Notes: generated by a model not told the origin, from the letters alone. 63,973 bases of DNA, filler included, from Reticulomyxa filosa (GCA_000512085.1; 13 parts of 13 records of this genome joined end to end with filler, not necessarily neighbours in it), one strand, 5' to 3'; shown: positions 51,735 to 63,973, counted from the whole stretch's first letter. Numbers and translations are program-made.

Positions 51735-54700
51735 GTTTGAAACAAACAAAAAAACAACAAAAGCAAATACTCTCCCTTTCTCTCTCTCTCTCTCTCTTTT
51801 TCTGATGTACCATCCCACGAAGGAATCAAAGATAATCCGGTTAAATCATAAATCCAGTATGGTACATAAAACGTTAACAAATGACTTCCTTTGCCCAATT
51901 GAGAGCATTCAATGCGAGCATAAAGTTTTTCTTTGGCGACTAGATCGACCAACACAAGGTCTTCCACGTATTTTTCATTTGTTTTTCCTTCGTGCATTGC
52001 GGCTGCTTTGCTCAAAATTTTGGACCAAGGCTCGGGACCGTGCCACTCCAAATTTCCAAGTCTCACAGATGCAAACTCGCTTTTTGGCAAAAAGCACATG
52101 TCTTGTGACTGGCCGGGGTGAAGCTCTTGTTTCCACGATACTTTTTTTTGAACAGATACTAATTCCAATTTCACTGGAAATAGGTTTTCCACTCGTACCG
52201 AGGGCCACACATCATATATAATTCGTTCACGTTCCTCTTCTTTGTACGTCTGTGTTTGAAAAAGAAAAAAAAAAAATGGAGGGCCTGCCTTATTTATTTA
52301 TTTATTTTTTTGAAGGAAAAAAAATAAAATGAAGTAGGCTTTTAACATGGACAACGTAAGAATAGGTTATGCCATTTCCATCAAATTCATACGTTTTGGA
52401 TACATCCTCTTCGTATGTGCTCAGTGGCGCTTTAACCGAATGGACATCTATAACTCCGTTTTCATCGCTGATGATCGGTGCCCAAGTGAAATCTAACTCC
52501 CTGTTTCCAAAGAAATATTGCAGAAATAGTTTGCTTCCGTTTTTTTTTTTTTTTTTTTTCTGTCTCAAATATTCGATATGCATGTATATGTATATGTATA
52601 TGTACAAATCGACTGATAGACGGAAAAAAGCAAAAACAAAACTCCATAAATTGTTTAATCGGACACCACATAGATTTTCCACTTGCAACTTCTTCGTAAA
52701 GAAATGTAATGGTATGATTTGTATTGTTCACAAACTGAGCTGGAGATCGAAGAGTGATAACCTTTTGGCCTCCTCGGAATTCAATGCTGATACCAACCAT
52801 TCTGCTAGCCTTATCGCCTATAGTGTGACAGAGAGAGAGAGAGAGAGAGACACAAGGACATCCGTTATGTACGCCATCCAATGAACAAAAGAGGTGTTTT
52901 GATTTGGTTAACAAAACAAACAACAAACAAACAAACAAAAAAAGCAATCACTAAACCTGATTGTTGGATCCAATGAAGTTGATCCGAAATTGTATTACAA
53001 TTTGAAATAAGTATTGGCTCCCAACCATCTCCAAAGTCCAATTGAACACCAACCTGCCCCGACAAGGTAGCGGAAGGTCCATCGAAGCCTTTGAGCGTGT
53101 TTGCAGGAACAGTCATTTCCAAGGTCAGATGTTCAAACTCCGCTTCTTTGTGATCTCCACGTCTCAGCAGCGACATCTTCACCTCAAATTCCGTCCAATT
53201 TTCAATGGCATAAGTGGGAATGGCTAAGAAAGATACTAATTGCAAAGCCGTCTCCTGTTTGTCACTTTCCGGTAAAAATGTAGGAGTTTGATTGTTCTTA
53301 TTTTCTTCGACTGTTTGATATTTCACAAATCACACATGTTTGTATTTGCTTCATCAACCAACAAAAATATATTCTTCTCTTTCATAATTAAGAAAGGGGA
53401 GAGAGCGAGAGAGAGAGAGAGAGAGAAGAAAAAAAACAAAAACATAACCATGTATCAATTCGATAGATTTCTCCAAAGACTTAATCATCGCATGAGTGAG
53501 ATTCACATTTAAAAAAGTGAGTGGGCAAAAATTGCAAGGTGAGGGAATATGGGTAAATAAACAAATTGGTGGAAAATCCCCACGGCTCAATCATGGGTTC
53601 CCATTCTACAATGTCGGTGTTGAAATAGTCAGCGGATAACTCAAAGCCAATGCGAACGGACATTCGCTGTTGGTAAGAATTGAATATTGTCTTTATGGGT
53701 TTGATCAGGGCTCGTGCGACTGGAACAGAAACGGAGGTCGCGTCGTTGACAACCAATAATTGGACATTGCTCATTTCGATATTGAAGCTGAGTTCACCGA
53801 AATTGGTTGAACTGGTGTCACATATGCGTTCCAATCGTTGTTTCTGTTGCAAGTCTTGCTCCATTTCTCGATCGTTTATTACCGATATTCTTCGCACTGC
53901 GTGTTTTTCTTCCACATCTTGTTTTTCTTTTTTTTCTTCCATGTCTTGTTTTTCTTTTTGCTCAATTTTGGCCTCTTTTTCCTCGCTTCCCAACGAGGGT
54001 GGAGTGATGGCCGTCAAACTGTTTTTCACTAAACTAAAATCGCTGTATCCAAATCGTAGATTCACCGGAGTGATATGAACAACACCTTGCATTGCTTTAT
54101 TGCGTTGCAATAACATATTTATTATAATTATTATTATTTTTTTTATATAAATGACATAAACATATATTACTCATAGATTTTGATAAGAACAAACAATAAA
54201 GTGATTACCTGTTGTGTTTGATTCAATTGCACTTTTGTATTGGGAAATTGTGGCCTTAACGGAAAAGGGCTCGACTACTTTGGGAACTCCTTCTCTCATT
54301 CGAATGGAAATGGACTTTTCTTCGTCGTTGATCACAAGCATTGCCTGATAAGCTTGGATCGCTTCGATCGCGGCCTCCACTTTCAACATGGTTTCGGGAT
54401 GCATTTCCACCGTGCTCTTTATCTCAAATGTCAACAGTAAGGCCATGGAAGCGAGTCGATTTGGATAGCGGACGATCTGCACCACCGTTCGTCCAATGTT
54501 CACAGACATCTTCAAGTTCACAATCGCATCTTTTTGTTTCTGCGCTGCTTCTGCTATGCCGAGTTCGCTGTTATGGTCCACTTGATCCAGAATGCTCGCT
54601 ATGTCCTCGGGCTCGTCTTCAATAGAAGGGATGGAGGAAGAGGAAGAGGAAGAGGACGACATGAGATCGTGGTGGATACCCCATTGAGCATTCAACAGTT

Positions 54701-56122
54701 CTTCCGAGGGTCGTGGCAAAGGCGAATAGTTTGGAGGTGGACTAGAAACAAAGTCTTGTAATGTCAGAAGAATGCTTCCAAATGTCACGCATAAGCCTTT
54801 TTTTTTTTTTCCCCCCCCCCAAGTATAAGTATTCCTTTAATGACTCAATTTTTTTTTGGAAAATACAAATAAAATATGACATACTTAAAATGTCAACATT
54901 GACATCCAATTTGTCATTTTCCATGACAGCACGAACGACAATGGTTTCTTTTCTTTGTGTTTCAATCTTGTCAGATGACAGGTTTGCAAAGTGCACCAAT
55001 TGTCGGTATTGCTCTTTCACATTGTCTTTTTGGTATCCATACTGACGTCTTCTAACTTCATATCGTCAATGGACAGCACCACGGACAAATTTTGGCCGGA
55101 TGGAATAGAAACATTGGTCTTAATGCCCTTTATGAGAAACGCTATTAATGCATCTCGCTCTTTCACCAATCCATAGCCTTTCAGCACGCTCACACGCACT
55201 TCGTTTATTGTCAGATTCAATTTCATGCCCTTTTCCATTTGCTCTTTTCCTCTCTTCATTGCTGTTTCTTGAAATTCCACTTTTTGTTGTTGGCTGATGA
55301 TTTCATTTGTCATTTGTTTGGGATACACGTACCTTGCCACCTGCGATTTTTCTGCCAAGTTACCTGTTTTTTTTTTTCCCATTAAAAAAAAAAATGTTTA
55401 TGTAAAAAAAAAAAAAAAACAAAACAAACATATATACATATATCTATGTATATGATGTGCATGCTCATACAAATCACCATACCTTTTATAACATGCATAA
55501 AGAAGTCATATCCTTTTTTTGGATATGTCCAGATCCAAGTCTCCAATCATCAGACTTATATCAGAAAACTCCTCTTTCAAACAAACGCTAATTTTGCTTT
55601 GATGGAACAATGGACCTAGCGTCTCATTGTCTCCAAATAGGATTGACATAACCAGATCTTGAACTTGAATGTTTAAGCTATCTTCTTTTGGCAGGTCATT
55701 TGCAATGTGCAATTTCCCAAGCGTTCCGATCAACCTTTCCTTGGAAGTGGTTGCTTTTGGCACTTCCAAAACGAGATCGGTAATGACAATGTCTATTTTC
55801 GGAATTGCGTTTTTTGTGGGTTTGGATTCTTCGTTGGACTGTGTTCCACAACATTTACACATCAATTGAATTTATTTTATTCTCCCGACAGTTTGTAAAA
55901 AAAACAAGGAACAATAAGACTGACCTGTTCTAAATTCTCTTCGATTGCATCCACAGCTATTTTTTCTGTTTCATACAAATAATCTCTGTATTTGCTATTG
56001 GCAATGCTGGTGGTAAAGAGCGAAGGGACAAGAAGCAGTTTACTGTTCGTCATCCACGTCGACACCTCTTCCATAAAGCGATTTAAAAATACAAGCTTCA
56101 TTCCTGATACTACCATTTCAAC
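46250..56122 (-). CDS. VPS13: VPS13 family bridge-like lipid transfer protein (C-terminal two-thirds) with inserted C2 domain; 5' truncated
   Basis: ADYFNTDIVEWEPMIEPW, VAB repeats (ITFAPRHFIRN, FYVPYWI), FGVSVVD..PTELLY, LVGSLNLLGNP..GVKDFFYEP, GVTGVVTKPIEGAKKDG, RKRLPRF; many introns. Confidence 0.93.
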
Positions 56123-56175
56123 CTATTGAATAAGAGTAAAGTCATGGCCATTATGACCACTCTCAACAAATTGAT

Positions 56176-56213
<38 letters not shown>

Positions 56214-56313
56214 NNNNNNNNNNNNNNNNNNNNNNNNNNNNNNNNNNNNNNNNNNNNTTAATTAATTAANNNNNNNNNNNNNNNNNNNNNNNNNNNNNNN
56301 NNNNNNNNNNNNN
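56214..56313. other. Artificial contig linker
   Basis: N44-TTAATTAATTAA-N44. Confidence 0.99.
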
Positions 56314-56321
56314 AACAAACT

Positions 56322-56639
56322 ATGCAAATAAGTGTAATGTGGAATCATCAAATTGATCTAAATCTTATTTATGCTGCAATAAATTGTTGTAAAAAAGATA
56401 TCAATCTAACTATACAATTATTGTTTAAATTCGAACAATGGAAATTTCAAGATAACAATGAACAAAATTACAAAAAAAGGATGAATGAATTTTTGGAAAA
56501 ACGTTGTTGCAATCATAATATTAATTTATTTCACATGTTTGATTTAAAAGATAAAACAGTAGATGCAATTAAATGGTCAACAGTAATTACTGTAAATGAT
56601 GGTTTGCCATTTGTTAAAAAGGATAAAAAGCATATATAG
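56322..56639 (+). CDS. Hypothetical protein, 3' part (AT-rich, probably lineage-specific)
   Basis: 105-aa open frame from contig start; no recognisable domain. Confidence 0.4.
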   Translation: MQISVMWNHQIDLNLIYAAINCCKKDINLTIQLLFKFEQWKFQDNNEQNYKKRMNEFLEKRCCNHNINLFHMFDLKDKTVDAIKWSTVITVNDGLPFVKKDKKHI

Positions 56640-56690
56640 AAAAAATTTGCAAAATATGAAAAAAAAAGGAATGTTTATGTTACATAACTA

Positions 56691-57394
56691 CAGTAGAATG
56701 AAAAGTAAAGTTGACAACTAAAAAGTCACCTTATGATGATTTTTGACTAATGTTTGCTTTGTCTTTACTTATTATTGGTTTTTTTGCTTTTTTTTTATCT
56801 AATGACAATTAAGTCAAGTTAATTCAAAAGCATTAGAACTGAAATTTTTTTTGTAGTAAGATTGTTTTTAATGAAAAGTACCATTTCGTTACATTACTTT
56901 TTGCATTATATACTGCTTGTATTTTTTTGGCATTGATTTGATTAAGTTTGTGCATGTTTCTTTGTCATTTTTTCCATTTTAATTTAAATTGTTTCCGGAG
57001 TTCTTCTTTTGATCCGAATTGTCCATTTTTGAATAGTTTCGTTTTCACTATCCACCAAATATTTTCGATTTGGTTCAGGTCTGGAGAATTTGGAGTGAAA
57101 TTCAATACTTTGATGGTCTTAACACTCCAAAGCAAGACCACACGATTATGCTTCCACTACCAATTTGATATTTTTGTGATGAACAAAGCTTCTGTTTACG
57201 CACACATTCATGACTTACACAAAATTGTTTTGCAACTTTGCGCAAACTCCATCACTGATGCAACAGCTCAATAATACGTCTTTTGTTAAAATTCTAAATC
57301 CTTTAGTAATTTTCAAAAAAATAATTAAAAAACTCAAATATTAAACTACATTGAGCTAAAAAAAAAAGAAAAGAAAAATAAAGGATAAAATATT
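56691..57394 (-). mobile_element. Second copy of the deleted Tc1 derivative
   Basis: TA|CAGTAGAATG end at 56689-56700; minus strand WSLRKVAKQFCVSHECVRK (HTH), GSGSIIVWSCFG (57161-57126), PNSPDLNQIENIWWIVK (57093-57043); collinear with 32069-33079. Confidence 0.92.
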
Positions 57395-57865
57395 GGACTA
57401 GGCAAAGTGCTTTAAAAATATCATCCATTTGTTTTCTCGAATTAAATACTTATACACTGATTTTAAAACACCATTGTCAGTTCTACCAAAGAACAAGATG
57501 ACATTATTGATACACATATATATAAAAAAAGAATGATGCAATATCATGACAAACATATAGTTGATGAAATTGAAAAATGTTGTTATCTTTATCATATTCA
57601 ATTGATAATTCTGTCTTTCTACAAAACAATAGCATTTGATAATTTTGTTAATTTTTTTCTTGTCTATTTTCTGACTTTGATACAAAGTAATGATAATTGA
57701 TAAAATTCGATGTTTAATAAATTGAAATGTATTTAAATCAAATACACTAATATTATCTTTATAAAAAGTTGAAAGATATGAATATAATAATTGTTGATGT
57801 TTAGTTTATAAGGAGGGGATATAGAAAAAATCATTGCTTATATTAAGGGGATACCATTCATATAA
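57395..57865 (-). pseudogene. Fragment of kelch-like family gene
   Basis: TFYKDNISVFDLNTFQFIKH and INNVILFFGR...VYKYLIRENKW match [20 protein letters not shown] and [10 protein letters not shown]...[11 protein letters not shown] of the gene at 36410; stops and frameshifts. Confidence 0.8.
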
Positions 57866-58339
57866 TTGTTTTTTTGTTGTTACAATAGTCACAATAAGGA
57901 AATGAATTACCATTTTAAAATTTGTGTATCACACTTTTTTTTTTTGAAATTTTTTTTTTTGGAGAATAATAATTCAATGAAATCATTTATTGAAATTATT
58001 GTAGACAAAAATACGCAGAACAATTTCTCAATGAAAAATATGTTTGCATGACAAAAATTTTGATGAATAAACGTCAAAGAGATTAATATCATACAAATTA
58101 TTTGCATTGTCATTTTGTAGTTGTCACATATATATTTTTGTTTAACATTATTTTTAAAAAATTGGATAAATTCAACAAAATAATGTCTTAAAAATAGGTA
58201 AAGAACATTAAACACTCAAAAATAAAAGAAACGCAAAAAGTAAACATATTTCTAAATGTTTGTTTACTTGTCTCCAAAAAATATTATATCAGTACACATG
58301 GTACTATTTCCAACAAAGAAATTAATAATAAATTTCCAA

Positions 58340-58476
58340 AAATACCAAAAAAATTTTATGTACAAAACTAAATATTTTAAAAAAAATTAGTATGAAATGT
58401 TTGTTTTTCATGGAGAAAATCGATTATCTTCATAAAGTAGCATAATAGATGTGCCATTTTTTTTTGCAAACTACTG
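58340..58476. mobile_element. Tc1-family TIR (...CTACTG|TA)
   Basis: aaattag.atgaaatgtt.gtttttcatggagaaaatcgatt matches TIRs at 31973-32013 and 32992-33033; ends ctactg + TA 58477-58478. Confidence 0.75.
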
Positions 58477-59009
58477 TATCATATCTGTAATTTCTCTAAT
58501 TTTTAAAATAAATATAGTAAAGTGATTGAACAATACATAATACAGATAATTTTTTTGTTTGACAATGATGCAAATAAAGGTTAATTTGTAAAAAAAAATG
58601 CTTTTAATACACTGTCCAGATCTTTGTCTCTTTGATTTTCACATATTTTATGCACAATTCAAAATAATCTCTTTAAAGTGGATACAATCAAATGGAGTTT
58701 GTCAAATAAACAAAAAACGCACATCTTCTTGGCTTAAATATAACAAAGCTAAATTTTATTTATCCTCTTTTAACCACGTTTGTATTTTCCATTTTCAATT
58801 TATTTTGAATACCTTTTGACTAATCTATTGATATTATCCAATGAAATAAGTAGGTGCAAATTTGACATCAAGATATAATTCATTTTGGAAAATATAATTT
58901 TTAATTTCATTTCCATATAAGAGTTCAATTATTTTTAAATATTTTATGTTTTCCAATGACATCTTATTTTTCATTAAATGACAAAGAAAATATATTATTT
59001 ATTTAACAC

Positions 59010-59913
59010 ATGCAACCACAATCGTCATGCTTAATTCGTTTACTTTAAAGGCTAAATTACTCAATATATTCACTGAACACAACAATAGTATTTATAGTAT
59101 CGATTATTCAACATTTGATGAGCTTCAATTAATTTATTCGGGATCACGTGATAATACAATTCGTGTGTGGGATGTTGACTATAACAAACAAATTCAATCA
59201 TTCAAATTATGTCATTATCATAATTATCGTTAAAATGTTATTTATTCTTCATCAGCTGACAATACTATTCGCTTTTGAGATTTCAAATATAATCGACAAT
59301 TGCAAATATTCAAAGAACACATTGATGCTGTTTGTGGCATTGAATTTTCATCATTTAATGGTGGTAGACATTTATGTTCTGGATCTGCTGATAAAACCAT
59401 TCGCATATGGTATATTAAAACGACCAAACAATTGACTGTTTTCAAAGGACATAAAGATATCGTGATAAGTGTAAAATATGGATCAAATGAATCATGAAAT
59501 ATTGGTTGTGCAAATACAATATTATATTATCTGGATAATGGGATAAAAATTTTCGTTTGCGGGATATTCGATCTAGTCAACAAATTCAAGTGTTCAACGG
59601 ACATAAACATGTTGTATGTGATGTTGAATATTCACCATTTGTAATAAAGAATAACGATGAAGTTATTAGTGATAATTCAACTGTGATATGTTCTGGTTCA
59701 GTTGATAATACAATTCGATCAACTAAGAATGAATTATATGTGATTAAAGGAGATGAGAAAGAAGATGATGGAATATTTTCCTTTAAATTTGTATTATTGA
59801 AAAAGAAAGTAAATAACAATGAACAAAACTTAAATTATGATTGTAGTGTTCATTTATGTTATTATTATACAAATGCCCAATTCGGGTTTGTGGATGAACA
59901 TAAATTAATGTAG
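59010..59913 (+). pseudogene. WD40-repeat pseudogene (expanded family)
   Basis: YSGSRDNTIRVWD, LCSGSADKTIRIW, ICSGSVDNTIR repeats broken by stops (taa, tga) and frameshifts. Confidence 0.85.
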
Positions 59914-60982
59914 TGTTATTTTGCATTTCAGCCATTTTTGTCAATCCGAAAGTGTAGAGAAAATTTATACTATATTTTATTTGGTGAATTGAGAGCTATC
60001 ATTTCCTTGTTATGGAATAAAAATTTTATTTACTAAATTGGAACAATGAAACATAAACAACTAAGACATTTTGAAAGTGTAAATCATAATATTGATTCCA
60101 TTTCAATTTAAACTTGATTTTCAAGTATTTGTTAACTTATCATATACACAGTTTTTAAAATTAATTGCATATGTAACTCTAAAAGGAAAATAGACTATCA
60201 ATTTTTTTTTAAAAATACTTATTTGTCTTGAGTTTGCTAATGACAAATGTATTTTTTTCGAATTATGGAGAATTTTTATTTTACATATTCCTTTAAAAAA
60301 TTTGTTGAATAAAAATATAAAAGATATTTACATCTTGTGTCATATACAATTGTAAATTTAATAAGGAAAACAATGTTTTACTCATCCTTTTTACTTCACA
60401 AAAAATGTAACAAATCAAAAATTTCATGGCAGAAAAGTAATAAAAGCAAATTCTAAACTGAAACATTGTTTGTGTTGTTATATTTCACTTTTTTGAATTA
60501 CTGATCATTCATGCTTACTTCAGGAGAAAATGTTGCTTTTGATAATGCACACTGTTGCTTTTTAACTTTATCCTGTTTTGAGTGTTCGCTACTATACAAA
60601 AAACAATAGCCAAGACAAAAAAAGACTATCTAAAAATTAGTAGTTATTTGCAATAAAAAAAATACAATACATGAAATATCTTGCAATTAATTTTGATATT
60701 CGAATATAATTTTCATTAATTACGCTTTTGAATGCTTTAAAAAACATTGAATGTAACTTTTTGAATTTTTTAAACAACAAAGTAAGATAACACACACTTT
60801 TCAATATTTGCATTCAATCAAATCAAACAAGTTTAATATCACATCACTTTCCTTTTCAAACAAAAACATTTTCATTTCTTATTCATTAAAAAAGTAAATT
60901 ATCCCCAAATACGAATAAGACCATTGTATGAACCATAGCATAAATTCAAATCATATGCACCATTCTTAGTCTTTTCTTTCTT

Positions 60983-61082
60983 NNNNNNNNNNNNNNNNNN
61001 NNNNNNNNNNNNNNNNNNNNNNNNNNTTAATTAATTAANNNNNNNNNNNNNNNNNNNNNNNNNNNNNNNNNNNNNNNNNNNN
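60983..61082. other. Artificial contig linker
   Basis: N44-TTAATTAATTAA-N44. Confidence 0.99.
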
Positions 61083-61127
61083 TTAAAAGAAAGAGAAAAA
61101 AAAAAAAAAAAAAAAACAAGAACAAAC

Positions 61128-62739
61128 CTTGAAAGTAATTGTATAATCCAACTTTTTGAAGCACACATTGAAGTTTATTACACTCGTCCATAGACAATAG
61201 AAAAAGATTGCATTTTAAATCGGAGACAGTTTGAAAGTGATTGGACAATTGTTGAATTCTGTGCAAAGAAGTATCAGTGATGTTATTTGGGTTGTCGAGT
61301 AGGTCCTTTGTCGCGGCCTCGCTCCCATTGTCAACGTCACTCATTATATCTTGAAAAATGGAAAGCCCGTCCTTCCCCGTGCCAAAAAAAGTGGCAATTT
61401 GATTTTTGCTTAAACTTTTCAATTGTCTGTAATTCCATAATTGTAACACGGATTGATTATTGAGAGTGAGAACACCATCGAATACATACAAGACCACTTT
61501 GATACCTCCATGAATAACTGGGTTGATATTTTCCTCCATGCGCGTTTGTTGTCGATTCAATTTTTCCTCGTTGTCCTTGTCTTTTTCTTCTTCTCTGAGA
61601 ATATTGGCCTTTCCACTTTTCAGCAAGTCGCCGACCGAAATACGGGGACCACTCCATTCACTGCTTATTGCATCACCCGAAATGTTGTTGTTCTTTTCAT
61701 TCGTTGCCGTGTCCTTGCCAACCGTGTCAACACTTTTCATTTTCTTTTGCTTTTCGTGCGGAGGCGTCGTTGACAGTTCCTTTGTCGCGTTGTCGTGAAG
61801 TTTCATTTTTCGTTGTTCGTATAGTTCTGTCCAAATAATGACCGAGGCATCCTCATATGAAAATAGATCGAAGGGAAAAAAAAAAAGAAAAGTTTTGTGT
61901 GGTTTACATATTCCACACAAACCGACAATGAGATCGTCACTCAGAAAATGGCTGGAACAACAACAAAAGCAACACGACTCTGGATCAAAACAACTTTTTT
62001 GACATAGCAACACAGGATTCCATGACAAGTCTTTAGAATAGGTCCAAATGACAAATGCCAGTTCGATTAGTAAATTCACAGCTATATACAACAAATAATC
62101 ACTGATATCGCTAATTGGGGCAACACTGGCTTTTTTATCAGTCCAACTGCTATGTGACAGTCGAATCATCAAGTCCACGAATATATATACTATCGTGTTT
62201 TTTTTTTGTGTAAATGTTCTATGTTGACTCATTGGACAAAGGAGAAGAAAAGATACGTACAGAAATGGATGCAAGTACATTTAAATAAAAAAAAAAAAAA
62301 AAAAAAAGTAAATGAATATGCATATATGTAAAAACAAATAGATATGTGTGGACAGACAGAACAGGATACGACAATGACAAGGACAGCGCAGAAAAGCATA
62401 ACGGTGATATTTCGTCTGGCGGTGATGAGTGTCTCAAGAGCCTGTGTAATGGTTGCGGTGCGGTCTCCAAGAGGTTGTGTGGAGGCACTTCGCTCCGACT
62501 TGGCAGCGAACACGCTACGTTTTTCTGGATCGTCTTGCTGTTCCGCTAACATTTCCAAATACAATTTCTTTGTATCTCGATGTTCCGATTCTGATCTCGC
62601 TATTTTGGCGCCATTGGAATTGGATGACGCACCACCACCACCACTGTTCCCACTGTTTGAGCCTGTGGAGGAGGTCTGCGTCTTGGCTGTGCCTGTCGTC
62701 GTTGTCGTTGTCGCTGTTGTTGTCGCTGTTGTTGTCGCT
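61128..62739 (-). CDS. Membrane protein (two TM helices, Cys cluster) followed by HAD-like domain; truncated both ends
   Basis: ITVMLFCAVLVIVVS, YLLYIAVNLLIELAFVIWTY, CCFCCC, then KVVLYVFDGVLT...FFG...RIQQL...LFLLS...LQKVGLYNYF. Confidence 0.6.
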
Positions 62740-62839
62740 NNNNNNNNNNNNNNNNNNNNNNNNNNNNNNNNNNNNNNNNNNNNTTAATTAATTAANNNNN
62801 NNNNNNNNNNNNNNNNNNNNNNNNNNNNNNNNNNNNNNN
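62740..62839. other. Artificial contig linker
   Basis: N44-TTAATTAATTAA-N44. Confidence 0.99.
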
Positions 62840-62944
62840 AAAAAAATATATATATATATTATATATACATATACATGTACATATATAAACATACATATAT
62901 GTATATGTATATGTATATACATATATATTTGTTTGCAAAGTAAC

Positions 62945-63734
62945 TTCAAAGTAAATGATTTGATTGTCTTTACTCGCTTGTTGCAACATTGGCAACACAA
63001 ACTTGTCGGCCAGAGTTTTTCTCGCGTCTTCCAGCGAAAATACGACTTTCTTGGACAAACGGGCGGCCGCCGCCAGGTACTTGGAGGCAATGGACAGCCG
63101 CGCCACTTCTTCGCCGTAACAGCCCAGCACTTTGGATTGGACGGCCACTTGGGACTGCCAATACTCGGCTGTCGCTTTGAAGAGTTTGGTTTGAAAGCTC
63201 ATGTGGTCTTCGTAGCTGTACACGCTTTTACTCAACCAAGTCCTCAGCTCGTCGTTCACCGTTATCATTTGATGCGCCTTTTCGAACAGCAACGCCGTGC
63301 CCATCGCCAATCTGCTCAGCAGTCCTGCCGACGCTTTCTTTCTCAATGCCTTCTCAGCAGTTTCGAAGTCAACCACAATCAATACATTCATATTTTTAGG
63401 TATTCAAATCACACACAAAAAAAAAATTATATACGTATACGTGTATATATGTACATATACATGCATACATATACAAAACATCAATACAGTATTATACACA
63501 CAGTGTTCGACATATTCCAAATGAACAGACATCACACACAAAACAACTTTATTTGAAAGTAATATTTTTCTGTGTTGTAACCATTTCATAGAAACAGGCT
63601 TGTGCTTGTGCGATCATTAATGCGGCTAACATGTTCACCGAGTCCTTTTGCACATCGAGCGTACATTCCGGCCCAACTAAGTCGCTATGCATTGCCAAGT
63701 GCTTAAACACACCTGCGGCGTCACGATACTTTCA

Positions 63735-63771
<37 letters not shown>

Positions 63772-63885
63772 GTATACATTATATTTGTTGGATATGTAGA
63801 CCAAAAAAAAAAGAACACTTACCAAATTCACTGCTTCTTTCAATCCTTCTTCACCATCACCTTGGCGTTTCAATCCTTGCAAACT
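62945..63885 (-). CDS. BRO1-domain protein (ALIX/Bro1 family), internal exons
   Basis: AAGVFKHL, MLAALMIAQAQACFYE, LLSRLA, YGEEVARL, ASKDNQIIYFE. Confidence 0.85.
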
Positions 63886-63973
63886 ATTTCACATTTTTTA
63901 TTTTTTATATTCTCACGTATATGTTTTTTGAAAAAAAAAAAAAAAAAAAAGTTCCCTTTTTTTTTTTTTTTTT

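Noticed and set aside
8062-62839. Repeated TTAATTAATTAA palindrome between N runs as a biological repeat, CRISPR or piggyBac site
   Set aside because: Exact 100-nt construct with six-frame stops; an assembly concatenation linker. ORFs containing X are artefacts of it.
1-63973. tRNA, rRNA, CRISPR arrays, telomeric repeats
   Set aside because: None recognised by eye; a tRNAscan-SE/Infernal run would be needed to exclude small RNAs.

Overview
AT-rich, intron-containing eukaryotic DNA made of 13 short contigs joined by an artificial 100-nt linker (N44-TTAATTAATTAA-N44, stop codons in all six frames). Gene adjacency across linkers therefore means nothing. Gene families (kelch-like + HET-E-like WD40 proteins and their pseudogenes), intron style and base composition point to the foraminiferan Reticulomyxa filosa or a relative; this is inference, not a database result. 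Conserved genes: quinone oxidoreductase, glycine dehydrogenase P protein, a DEDDh RNA exonuclease, a divergent kinesin, a membrane class-3 lipase, QPRT/nadC, WRAP53/TCAB1, VPS13 and a BRO1-domain protein. The main observations: (1) an IR/DR-type Tc1 transposon family present as a deleted derivative, a MITE, and a composite ~1.8-kb TA-flanked element enclosing a fragment of the expanded kelch/WD40 host family (possible Pack-TIR gene shuffling); (2) atypical splice signals, with mostly GTT donors and poly(A) instead of polypyrimidine tracts before many acceptors; (3) a divergent kinesin ending in a CaaX box (CAIL); (4) unusual architectures: exonuclease + SRI-like domain, RRM + WWE, CapZIP/FAM21-like motifs + kelch-like region, membrane protein + pseudo-HAD. 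Several 1-nt frameshifts fall in homopolymers and are probably sequencing errors. All exon boundaries were inferred by eye.
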